DNA of 64,000 nt from Ascidiella aspersa. Taxonomy: Eukaryota. The DNA lies in contig OZ004612.1 in NCBI GenBank assembly GCA_963924565.1, positions 7,688,001 to 7,752,000 of the forward strand, written 5' to 3'. The notes beneath the pieces are model-generated. The model saw only the letters and a list, made by a program, of their open reading frames with translations. It was not told the origin of the DNA and made no database searches. Each line of letters begins with the position of its first letter. Position 1 is the first letter of the stretch. The position numbers and the translations under genes are program-made. This document shows, in pieces, positions 1 through 12,400 of the stretch.

Positions 1-502
1 AAAGAGTTTGCACAAAACACAATAGGCGGATCCTGGAGGCAACCAGACAATGTCCACTGCAAACTGTTTTTGTACCTATCGCTATTTAAGTATTACTTTT
101 TAAACCTATGTTCGTTAGTAATATGTTTTGTCCGTTTTAAAAAAAATCTATTTAGCTAAAAAGCGCTATGCATAATATGTCATGTCGCATCGCGTGACTC
201 ATCAATTCTACAAAACTCAATTCCTGTTGAATTAGACCGCGAATGCCAGCAATATGCAAATATCTTTTATGTGCCAAATACGCCACGTATCCCTTTAAAT
301 TAAAAGACAAAACGCCAAATTTTCACTGTTCGCCCGATTAGACAAGATTTTAGCTTCATATAATGGCGTACGAGTTTGCTGGACACGCTACGCACGTTAC
401 TTCAAAGTTTTTCAAAACTAAGAATAGAACAATGCCTAATACCTAAATGGTAAATAGTTGCATTCATTTAAATAATAAATAATGGCGTCTAACTTGACAT
501 AA

Positions 503-609
503 GATAGATAGATAGATATCTTTATTGTTAGGGAAGTAGATTCCCAGGGAGCAGCGAAAGACCGTTAGGTCATCAAAGTCAGCCGCTCCCTGACCGCAAT
601 ATAATCAGA
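503..609 (-). mobile_element. 3' tail of a non-LTR retroposon (LINE/SINE fragment)
   Basis: On the minus strand: a stem-loop (arms 545..555 / 582..592, inner gacc-ggtc hairpin), then AATAAA and an (ATCT)n tail. It lies between diverged ~260-bp direct repeats (241..502, 610..857) and is absent from units 2 and 3 and from B's flank. Confidence 0.55.
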
Positions 610-952
610 GAATGCCAGCAATATGCAAATATCTTTTATGTGCCAAATACGCCACGTATCCCTTTAAATTAAAAGACAAAACGCCAAATTTTCGCCCGAT
701 TAGACTAGATTTTAGCCTCATATAATGGCGTACGAGTTGCTGGACACGCTACGCACGTTATTTCGAAGTTAACTAAGAATAGATCAATGCCTAATACCTA
801 AATGGTAAATAGTTGCATTCATTTAAATAATAAATAATGTCGTCTAACTTGACATAAAACAAAACACGCCATTGCATATGTTGAAGGAAATCAAAATTAT
901 ACCAAATGTAACGAAAAAGTAATTTAGCACAGCTTGCAACAATAATCTAAAC

Positions 953-1347
953 CAGTGCTCTTCAACCGGTGTGCACGGTGCACCCTAGGGTGCACCAAAA
1001 TATGCATGTGGTGCAACACTACGAAAAGATATACAAGGGGGCATCACAAACGTTTAATGAAGCATTAATATTCAAGATTTTTAATGACAAAACAGTCGTT
1101 AAATAGTCTCTTTGCTATTTTATTAAGTTTGTTTGAATGGTGTTTTAAGACATGCAATATAATATTCGCAAGCAGCCTGCAGCCATAAACTTTCACCGAC
1201 AGTGTGTAAAACTTCGGCAGTTCCGCTCGGTTTAATTGATATGATGATATTTTTTGACCTCAGTTTACCTTTTAAGTAAACAGGGTGCATGACTTCTCTA
1301 GATCAACCTTAAGGGTTCACCAAACCAAAAAAGGGTAAAGAGCACTG
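953..1347. mobile_element. hAT (Charlie-like) MITE inserted at the stop codon of P1
   Basis: TIR cagtgctctt/aagagcactg; 8-bp TSD atctaaac/atataaac; empty site in gene B near 58205-58212. Confidence 0.85.
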
Positions 1348-4300
1348 ATATAAACTGCCGAGGTCGTGTTAGGGGAAGGAAAGTTGCCTTCTTTTGTCGA
1401 TTGAGATCGCTCATCAGAAACAACGGGTTTAATGTTCATTCGAAACTTGGATAATTGTTCTCGGCAAAAACCCAAAGCCGTCGGTAAGGTATCGGAGTAA
1501 ATTATTGGATTCAAAGCGCTGTTAATTGGCAACAGGATAACGGCGGAAAAGGCGTAAGCGAAGGAGGGCATGACCACTCCGCCCATACTTAGAAAAGTCA
1601 TAATGCAGATGGGCATCCAGCAGCACATATCGGTTGCAACAAGGAAAGTAATCTTGCCTTGCATTGTAGCATTTCTAGCAACAGAATCAGCCACAGAGCG
1701 AATGTCTGGTGTCTGTGCAGATCTTCGGTATATAATTACATATGCTACTAAAATATATAGCAAAGAAACGAAGCTAAACGTGATTGTCACAGCGGAGTAA
1801 ATGTTGAAACCTGACTCGTCGCCTGACAAGCGATAAATCTCAGGTATACAGACGCCATTAGCGCTGTAATAACCGTGATAGCCTATAACATCAGTGGTTT
1901 GATTAGGAAAGTTTTTCGACAGGAACTGAACCAATCCGCTCCAGTCCAGCGGTAAATTAGAAGTCGCATTTCCTGGCTGAAGCGCGTTTAAGCGCAAAAT
2001 AAATTGCTCCAGTTCGTAAAGTTTCACCGTTCCTTGTTGGAAGTAAGGGCTTTTGGCAATCAGCATGTCTGTCACCATATACGTTGATAAAATATCGCTT
2101 AAAGGCATGAGAGCAATGAACAAAGCAGCTGCCCAAATAGCTGCAAGACACCCAACAGCCACCCTAACTCTCAACTGACGACTTTTAAAGGGCCAAATGA
2201 CTCCATAGAGGCGATAAGACGTTAGAGGGATAAGTGTGAAGACGGATGCCTCGCTCGACAAAACTATGCTCACTCCCAGCGCACTGCAAGAAGAAATGGC
2301 TCGCCAAACCAATAGTTTCCCGAAAACTCAGCCGGACTTGGCGCCCAAGCCGAAAAGGCAACAGCCCATCAGCAAATCGGCAAAGGCGAGGTTGAGAACA
2401 AGAATGTTGTTGATAACCGAAATAGACGATGCCTCCCGTTTTCGAGAATGGCAAAACGATTTGGACATGTCAAATAACTTTTGCAACCAAACAAAAAAAC
2501 ATTGCTTCATCGCTTACAGAACTTGAGTTCAGCGCCCAATTTCTTAAATGGCGGACAATTGCGACAAAATGTCTTGGACAAGGCAAGGTATTTAAACATT
2601 TACCTGAAGTCCACGGAACCCTTCCGGCGTCGCAGTAAAAGTGATCGCATTCGATTTCGTCCTCGCTCTTGCTGCATTCCTGAACACCGTTGCAAATCGA
2701 CGAACCCACCAATCGTCGAACGATACTCCAGGAAACCTCGGCACTTTCGGTTTATTTCCAAGCCCGTAGCTTTGTATGACTTGGCCCACACAGGAGGCAT
2801 TACTATCTGACGAAAAGAACTGTATTCTAAGGACAATGTCGATTGGCTGCCTGTGCATGAAATTGCAGTGTGTTCGCTTGATATTCCAAGACTTCACTTC
2901 GATTTCCTCTATACTTGTTGGGTCTGAGTAACCTAGTCACAAACTGACCAGCTTTATCCCGACTTTGCGCTACAACTTCTAACCGCCTGAGCGGTAGAAA
3001 ACGCTCACAAGACATGTTGTGTTGTGCTGTGAGCATTCGCTGAAAAGCGCAGTTATTCTGGATTTGGGAATGCAAAATAAATCACGAAGTCTAACGACAT
3101 ACGCAGGTTGAAATATCGAGGCTATTTTGCCCAGTTTTGATGAAGTCCTGTCGGGCAGTCAATCTCCCTTGTAGAAACATACAGTATTAAGTATAATGGT
3201 AGAATCCGCTACGTTACGTAAATCTTTGGGTGACATTTAATGTCAGCTAGTATAAACACTAAGTTCGCTCTAAAACTGGGCAATTTGTTTATTAGAGTAA
3301 GTTAATTTTGTTATTGTTTGAATCCCATTAAAGGCTTATTAGATGTTAACATACATAAATTTTTGGGTATTCATAATTCAAAACAATTTGTTTACTTAAA
3401 TGTTTTAGCCTTAATAGTGGTTTTAGATGCATTTAAAAAATTATAATAATGATAACCCGTTAGAAAACAAACCTTACTTTTTTCAGTGGAATGCTGTCGC
3501 AAATGCTGAGCCTTGTGCTACAGTTTGCCCGCGGAGAGTATCCGTCATCAAAATAAAGACATTCCACTTTTCCGTCGCATCTATAGTTAAAAAACATTTT
3601 TATAGTAAAAAGGACAGTTAAAAAAACTGTGTCTCAGTATTTGTGCGACTTAAACTGGTATACCGCTATTAGGAATTTGTTTGTTAGGATTAAAATTACC
3701 CGACACCGTTGTCGACAAACGCTCCTTCAGTGAACGAAGCCAATTTGAGGATGTCGGCCAAAGTACGATGTAAGGGAGTAATCGGGTCATAAAAGAAGTT
3801 CTTAGGACTTTTTGCAGCGACAAGTGTTTGATCTTTAGCGCAATACAACTCGTCTGATTTGGATGTAGGACAATCTACCGCGCCATCGCAACACTTATTT
3901 CTTGCCAAACAGTTTGAATCGCACTTGAAATGCCAAACGCTGCAGTTACAACACACAGCACCCTGCAGGTCCGTATTGTAACACAGGTTCGAGCAGACCT
4001 CAGTGAGGACAGTTGTATTAAAACCATTCGAGCAAAGGCACTCGTCGGAGAGGTCTTGACAATCGATTATCCCATCACACAACTGTCTCTTGGATATGAT
4101 GGTCTTATCGTCCAAGCACATCGAGCACAGAAACTCGCCTCTGTCATCGAAGCAAATATCAGATCCGTCGTCGCACCAAGGCAACTGATCGTGTAAGGTC
4201 CACTGAGGCACCGAGCAGTATTTCTTGCCGGTGGGCGAGTTTAAAACTAGTTTTTGGCACTTGAAGCCTGGCATCCAAGTAATGACGTCGGCGCCATTCG

Positions 4301-4950
4301 GGCAGTGAGTTAACATGTCGCAGTAATACAAGACAGGCAAGTGCTTGGTTGGTTCGGGCAGCGAAACATCTTCGAACCTTGCTCTTTGCAACTCTCAATC
4401 TCGTCGCTACAATCTCCACAGTTGTCGATTCCGTCGCATAAATACTCAAGAGGAATACATCGACGCGACGAGGCGCATAAAAATCACCTTTTCATCACTC
4501 CCGTCTGGACAGTCGCTTACTTTGTTCCCAATCCAGGTATAAGGAATGCATCTTCCGCTATCGAGGCAATGAAACTCGTCTCTGTTGCATGCAAGTTGCT
4601 CAAGCTCGTCGGAAGAGTCGCCACAATCCGAGTATCCGTCTCTTACCCTATACCGCAGCACGCATCTGCCGCTATCTTTGCAGCGAAACTCAGTTGCGGT
4701 ATTACAGGAGCTCAACGGCGCCACTTCGTCACTTGCTGTTCCCAGACAATCAGTAATGTTATCGCGGACCCACGCCCGCGGGATGCAGCGCGCCTTCTTT
4801 AAGCTACTTCCGGCGGGAAGATGGTAGCGCACCTCCGAGCTTGTGCAGGATTCGAACCCGCGCTCCTCGTCACTCGGATCGCTGTGGGACAAAGTATCGC
4901 AATCCCTCTCTCCGTCCATCACCATCCACCTCGGAATGCTGCGGCGAGTC
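1317..4950 (-). pseudogene. P1: truncated, frameshifted copy of gene B
   Basis: Shares B's introns 4-6 and 3' flank. Lacks exons 1-3 (broken at the start of exon 4). Lesions: 32-nt deletion near 4483 and 4-nt deletion near 4328 in exon 4; exon 6 is 10 nt too long (2604..2806); ~1 kb deletion near 2453 removes exon 7 and TM1; +1/-13 indels and a TGA stop near 2310-2335. Confidence 0.9.
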
Positions 4951-5002
4951 ACTATACGATATGTAAAACTATACGATATGTAACACTATACGATATGTAA
5001 AC
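4951..5002. repeat. Short tandem repeat (actatacgatatgtaa[a/c]) x3 at the duplication junction
   Basis: Three copies here and at 20612; two copies at 37061 and 46415. Confidence 0.8.
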
Positions 5003-6407
5003 TTATCAGACAGTTTTAAACACAAGTGTAAAATGAGAACGTTATAAACAGCCGAACTAAGGAAGCTTTCAATAAGTACATATCAATCTAGAAGTGTGGA
5101 AGATATGAAAGAATTTATCTATTAAAAGAACAAAAGCAATCAGTACTTAAACTGCACACAAAAAATATTTAGTAAATTCACTCATAAACGAGCGCATTCG
5201 ACTCCAAAATATACAGAACGACGCTTGCTATTTTTAACGATTTTTACTTGGCCTTATATAGCTTACATCGGCCAGATGTTGGTGGTTAATTTTTTGTGAC
5301 ATATGATAAGTAAATCGACTTGAAATCAGGCTTACAACACACGAAATAAGAACACAGAAAATTCTGGACATTTATCAAAACGCGGCCAAGAGTATGTTGG
5401 CAGCTTAAATGATGCACCCAGCCAGCCGCTGCATGTTTGGCGTGACCGCTGCCTAATCCTAACAAAACTTTCCGCAACCACTACAACAGTGACAAATCCT
5501 GCGATGTCTCATTGCAAAGTATAACACATAAAGGATAATAATAAAACGCAAAGTGGCATCTGTTTCGGCTTTTACAACATCATAATGTCTTACCTCCCAA
5601 GACGGGTGAATCTGAATGGCGATAATTATGTTTTTCATGTCAACGCCTAAAATATGTCATCTAACTTAATCAAATGCACAGTGTTTATACTATAACGGCA
5701 CAGTGCTTTATATTGGTTAATGGTTGTTTTGTTATAAAGTCTGTTTGAAATTATGTAATGTAGAACGACCATGGTCTTATACTCTAATAGGACGTTTATA
5801 TCAATACGCCATAAGCTACAGTGGTGTTGATTTTTTACTTATATTTTTTTCCATCTGCTTCGCACGGGCGACCTTACAAGACTTTACTTCTTTTTACGTT
5901 TAGTTTATTATAAGAAATTTGAATCAATTTTCGGACTATATTATATTACATGATACAGACTTAAGATGGCGCCAGTACAAGAAAGTCTTGCGTCATGCCG
6001 TCCAAATTACGAAATGAAAAATAAGGCCGTTGAATGATCCACGCTTAACTTTCTGGTAAACACCCATAGATACGTGCCATTGTGCTTGGTGCAGCTAACC
6101 ACTAAAGTCACGTTTCTATGCGTCAACGAGCAACTCCAAACCACAAGTTTATGTTTCCAAAGTTGCCAGCCTATATTCAAACTTAGCCATATAGTGAGTA
6201 GCTTTAAACAATTTAGTTTTTTATACCTTATGCCGCAGTAAATTACGAAGAATATGTTTTCGTTCATGAGTTTAGTTCAATTAAATATGGTTTCCTGTTT
6301 CAGGGTGACTAGTCTACCAAGGTTAAAATAAATAATAATAACACGAATCAAAGTACAAGAAAAAACGATCAATATTTTAGCTTTCAGCAACAGGCCTATT
6401 ATATAAC

Positions 6408-9400
6408 ATGCTCGATTTTCTTTATCCAATTATCTGCTTCCTGGTAATCTCAACTAAATTCAAAACTGTTTTCGGTGAGTAGATTTTTGTTGGTCCATGA
6501 TTGGCTTTTGAGCTACTAGTCTATTTAAGCCCAGCCAATATAGCAACATCATAATTGCTGTCGTGTATAATAATTGGTTAATGTTAAAAATAAGTTTTAA
6601 AGTTTATACTTGTATATTACAAATTCCAGTTGAGGGCCACTACTTGGCGATCCGAAGGCGTGATTCCTCGTGTCGGGCGGAGGATGGATTTTTCCTCTGC
6701 GACAATTTGCAGTGCGTGCAAAGACAGCATGTCCTCGACTCCAGAATCGACTGCGCTGATGGGAGTGACCAGCGCTCACGTATGCCACATATTATTATCA
6801 TAGCAAGACTTGATATACACTGAGCAGTGTAGACTATTGATTTTACCATGAATCCAACACAAGTCGAAAAGCTTTAAAAATTAATTATACATGTCCACCA
6901 GGAAAGAGCCCAGGATTTTCGTTTAGGGGAGCCGGGAAATTTTTCAGGAATGACATCACAAAGTTAAATTTTGTGAGGCCCGCGAATCGTTTTAAATTTT
7001 CGGCAAGAACTCAAATTATCTTCCACATTTCATCCTTTTTAACACCATTGTCTTGTGCTATTGCTAATTAACTGTCATTAAACCTAAATATCTTATTTAA
7101 AATTGGCCAGCTTGCCTGTTTAAAAATGAAAGATTTTGTCTAAGTAAGTTGTGTCATACATGCAACCTATACACACGTTTTGCAGCTGAGGCGCATACAA
7201 CGTTTGAATATTTAAAATTCTTGCTTAACTGGGTGGATATACTGATCTTTTGAACACTTTTTTATGGTTTTAAAATCAAGAAAAAAACAATGATTATTGG
7301 TGCCTTTGTCGCAAATTACAGTCGTAACATTTGCAACGTTTTCCGGATTCGTGGCACTTTCTGAGCTAGAAAACATTTCTGTGGGCGCCCATACCACTCT
7401 ATCACTATATATTTATAAATGCTGCTAAAAGTTAGTGTGTGTATCTACAAGTAAATCAGCGCAGGTGTGCCACCAGCAAACGAAAAGAAATACTGTTAAC
7501 AGCTTATTGCAGATACATTAAATAGGCCTATATTGATCATTTTAAAACGTTTTTGTTTCTTAGGTTTGTTGTTGCGGCTCACAGACGTAATCCAAATATG
7601 TCACAGGGTTCTCAGTAAGACTTGAGTTTGTCCCCCTGTAATAGTGCTAACCCCTGGGTGTACTAAGAAATGAGAAAACATAGCATTTATTTTTAATAAT
7701 GTTTAATTTTCAAACTTCCTTTGGGAAACCGTAGATAAAAATGTGCCCTTAATGTGTTTGGATGCCTCAACTCAATTAATGAAGTTGTGCGCATAGAAAC
7801 GCATGGTCCGCTTTAACTCAAGGCGACGAATTTACCTTCCAGCAATAAATTGCACGGACGACGAATTTCCTTGCCGATCGAGTTTCCGTTGCGTTCCGAG
7901 GCAGTTTGCGGTGGACGGATGTGTTCGTAAAAGAAACGTGATACTCGGGTGCAGAGAAGATAAAGGTTAGATACGTCGCATACGACATAAGCTTTTAAAC
8001 ATATTTTTTTAACTGGAGGTTTGCAATATTAGTTGCTTTCTCATGTTTTCTTTAAGTCGTGAGGGCAAGGCGTAGTGAAATAAATGCTGAACTTCATTTT
8101 TACATATCCAAAAATCATAACTTTTGTGATATTGCCTTCATAAATTGGTGCCGCAGAATTCACTTGCCGCAAGACTCGCCGCTGCATCCCGAGGTGGATG
8201 GTGATGGACGGAGAGAGGGATTGCGACACTTTGTCCCACAACGATTCAAGTGACGAGGAGCGCGGGTTCGAATCCTGCACGAGCTCGGAGGTGCGCTGCC
8301 ATCTTCCAGTCGGAAGTAGCTTAAAGAAGGCGCGCTGCATTCCGCGGGCGTGGGTCCGCGATAACATTACCGATTGTCCGGGAACGGGAAGTGACGAAGT
8401 GGCGCCGTTGAGCTCCTGTAATAATGTAACCGAGTTTCGCTGCAAAGATAGCGGCGGATGCGTGCTGCGGTATAGGGTAAGAGACGGATACTCGGATTGT
8501 GGCGACTCTTCCGACGAGCTTGAGCAACCCGTATGCAACAGAGACGAGTTTCATTGCCTCGATAGCGGAAGATGCATTCCCGATACCTGGATTGGGAACA
8601 AAGTAAGCGACTGTCCAGACGGAAGCGATGAAAAGGTGATTAGGCAACCAACAAACTGTTCGGCAAACCAGTTCTTATGCGCCTCATCGCGTCGATGTAT
8701 TCCTCTTGAGTATTTATGCGACGGAATCGACAACTGCGGGGATTGTAGCGACGAGATCGAGAGTTGCAAAGAACAAGGTCCGAAGATGTTTCGCTGCCCG
8801 AACCAGCCAAGCACTTGCCTGTCTTGGCAGTATTCCTGTGACGCGTTAACTGACTGCCCGAATGGCGCCGACGATATTACTTGGATGCCAGGCTTCAAGT
8901 GCCAAAAACTAGTTTTAAACTCGCCTACCGGCAAGAAATACTGCTCAGTGCCTCAATGGGCCTTACACGACCAGTTGCCTTGGTGCGACGACGGATCCGA
9001 TATATGCTTCGATGACAGAGGCGAGTTTCTGTGCTCAATGTGCTTGGACGGCAAGACCATCATAGCCAAGAGGCAGTTGTGTGATGGGATAATCGACTGT
9101 CCAGACCTTTCCGACGAGTGCCTCTGCTCGAATGGTTTTAATACGACTGTCCTTACTGAAGTCTGCTCAAACGTGTGTTACAATACGGACCTACAGGGTG
9201 CTGCGTGTCGCAACTGCAGCGTTGGGCATTTCAGGTGCGATTCAAACTGCTTGGAAATAAATAAATTTTGCGATGGCGTGGTAGATTGCCCAACATCCAA
9301 ATCAGACGAGTTGTATTGCGCTGAAAATCAAAAACTTGTCACTGCAAAAAGTTCGAAGAACTTCGTTTGTGACCTGATTACTCCCTTACATCGTACGTTG

Positions 9401-12400
9401 GCTGATATTCTTGGATTCACCTCATTCGCTGAAGGAGCGTTTGTGGAGAACGCCTTCGGGTAAATTAAATTTTCACATTGAGACACCTAAACTGAGAATA
9501 TAGTTTAAATTGTACACAAACATCAAACTAAAGACAAAATTTTGTAGGCCTAAACCTACAGTCAGTTTGTTTCGATTTTATTATGATATATATGTTTCAC
9601 TCCTATATTCCAGTCAAGCCATTTTGCCCTAATGAAACAGTAAATTAAGTTTTCTAAGTTAAGTCATTGGGTTAAGTCATAACAACACTGATGGAAACAC
9701 AATAAAATAAAAAACAAGGGAAGATTGCGTTAGTTGAAAGAAAACTCTGAGTGCAAACGTAGCAGAAATGCGTCCACATTTTCGGCTTTTTAAGTATTTG
9801 ATCTTTAGAAAGAATTTGTTTTTACCATCACTGTAGATGCGACGGAAAAGTGGAATGTCTTTATTTTGAAGACGAATGCTCCCCTCGGGCAAATTGTAGC
9901 ACAAGGCTCAAGGTTTGCGACAGCATTCCGATGAAAAAAGTTAGTATGTTACCAACCAAACTGTTCAACTTTGTTTTGTTAATTTACTGAGCATTATTTT
10001 TCCTAACAAGATACTGCATAGTAAACACACATTAAATACAAAGTGAAAGAACAGTATGTAATGAATATGCTGTTGCTGCCAGGCATACAATTGAACAATT
10101 GTTCTTCTGCCAAAATATTTCCTAAAAAACGTACATATTTATATATATATTTAATGTATAGAAATGCGTTTAATAAATTAAAATTAAAAATTATTCTTAA
10201 CGATAACTATCAGTTTTACATACTGCCAACTATCACATCAACTTTAAGTGAAATATTAAATCAGGCGTTACAAATCCAACCCTGCTGCTACGCTTTCTTT
10301 ACCGCCAGATAGTAATGCCCACTCTATGGACGAAGTTGTACAACGCGACAGGCAAGGAAATGAATCGTTTGTGCGGCGGTTTCCAGGAATACGTGATTGG
10401 ATCTTCGATTTGCAACGGTGTTCAGGAATGTAGCGAAAAGGAAGACGAGATGGATTGCGATCGTTTCTACTGCGACGCGGGAAAAGTGCCGTGGATCTCA
10501 GGTGAAAGCACATAAAAGCACACGACTCGAAAGGGAATTACGTTCCATTTTAGTTGGATTACAAAAGTTCCAGCTTCACTGTTGGCTGTTGATTAGCAAT
10601 ACCTGCCCCATGCAAGGTCATTAGGTTACCCCGGGTCATTGTCCTCACCTGGTCTTCAGGTTACCCCAGGTCATTGACCTCATCTGTTCTTCAGGAAGTG
10701 CAAATCCACCGCGAAAAATCGCAAATGCCAATATATCCACATATTTCGAGTATTTCAAACCCAAAGGCGAAAACTCAGATTGTATTCAACTTAGGGTATT
10801 TGGGGTCACACTGAACAAACTCTTGGCACAAAATGGATTGTAACAGACCGACATAAAATGAGAAACACAACACACACTAGATACAGATAAATAAATATTT
10901 ATTTAGGACCAAGGCCAAAGATTAGTATTCCTTGGTTGGAACGTTGCAATGGAGAGTTCGACTGCAAGGACAAAACGGACGAAATGAAATGCAACAAATC
11001 CACACATTTCTATTGCAAAAATAGAGAGCCTCTGTTTGTTGATCGCAAAAAGGTACGAGTATCACAACAAACGGCCATAGGTTGGTGGCATTGTGTTTAT
11101 ATTTCGCAAATTTATAGTTAATACTTTCAACAAACAATTTTTAACTAAAACCGTCATCGCCTTTTTATCAATAAAATAATTGAATTTACGAATTGCTGTT
11201 CATCAATATTTATAACTATACTAAATGCTGCGAGCCCTTTCGATAGGAAAGAACCACGTCGCAGAGATAGCGTCACGAAATTACGTCATAACCATAACAC
11301 TACAAAGTTACATAAAAACGTAAAACGCCATAAAGATGTAACCTTAAGTGCTCCAGACAGTTCGTTTAAGTCTTAGGTTGGTGAGGTGTTACTTTCAAAG
11401 CCAAAGCTACATTATATATAAGCGCACAACCTAAAAGACCTCAGAGTCGACTTAATTAAAAACAATTACACTATAACGCACCTTTGAAAGGATCGCCCTT
11501 TAATAAAACGTTACAAAAGATAAATGTGTTAACGCCGGACTTAATCGTGATTTTGGTTTCATGGCGCATCAAGCCTTTTAACATGTAGCTGAAACGCGAA
11601 ATTTGGTCCGGGGCCAGAACTTATCCGGTCGGATCAATTTTGGCGTTGGAACAGCCGCTAAAACAGGTCCGGCTAGGCCTAAACTGGATCCCCTAACGCT
11701 AACCCTAACCTTAGCCAGACCTGTTTTAGCGGCTGTTCCAACGCCAAAATCGATCCGACCCGACCAGTTTGGCGCTTGATTACGACCAAAATCGATCCGA
11801 CCGGAACAATTTCGGCGTGACAAAGCCATATATCCCGTTAAGAGATGCGATGCTACCCATGCTTTTGCGTGGGTCCACGCATCAGCAAACCTGCGCCTAT
11901 ATGTGAATTGTTTGACCGAATATGTTCTATCGCATTTTACTCTGTGCGTTTGCACATTTTTACCGTATATTCTTACTCTGACCTGATGATGCACTATTGT
12001 ACAAAAGCACATTAACACTAAATACCAATTTTCAAAAGTGCCATTTGTTTTCAGTTTTAACATATATTTGTTATCAATTCCTGCAAAGCAATAAAGGCTA
12101 TTATATTTTTCATCTTTCAGGTTGCCAACAACTTCATTTACATCGGTGAAACGTTTTTTTTTAATTTTCTTAGGTTCTTGACGGGAAGATCGATTGCACG
12201 GACTCATCCGACGAATGTCCGGAGGACTTTGACGATACGAGCGCCGTTTCCTCCAAGACCGAGATGATCAAGTCGCCCGTCCTCCGTGGCTTCGTTTGGC
12301 TCATGGCTATTTTAGCATTCTTCGGAAATGTCGCCGTGATCTTCAAGACGGTCAGGTTCATTTTCCATTCTCGAAAACGGAAGGCATCGTCTATTTCGAT

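Noticed and set aside
545-592. Branched hairpin containing GAAA, considered as a ribozyme
   Set aside because: No CUGANGA core in the right order on either strand; it fits a retroposon 3' stem-loop better.
6898-7663. Possible old DNA transposon in A intron 2 (ccaggattttc...cccctggg)
   Set aside because: Termini are too degenerate, with no TSD or empty site to define it.
8041-8934. Recurrent antisense and alternative-frame ORFs over exons 4 and 8 (60-216 aa)
   Set aside because: Shadows of the GC-richer coding exons; they recur only because the genes are duplicated and show no recognisable domains.
11983-12010. Second CTGATGA-T-stem motif in intron 7 (ctgatgatgcactattgtacaaaag), possibly a decayed hammerhead
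   Set aside because: GAAA is absent, stem II is imperfect, and I found no stem I or III.
11578-12207. 209-aa minus-strand ORF in intron 7
   Set aside because: Crosses a palindromic MITE, is broken in the other copies and has no transposase motifs.
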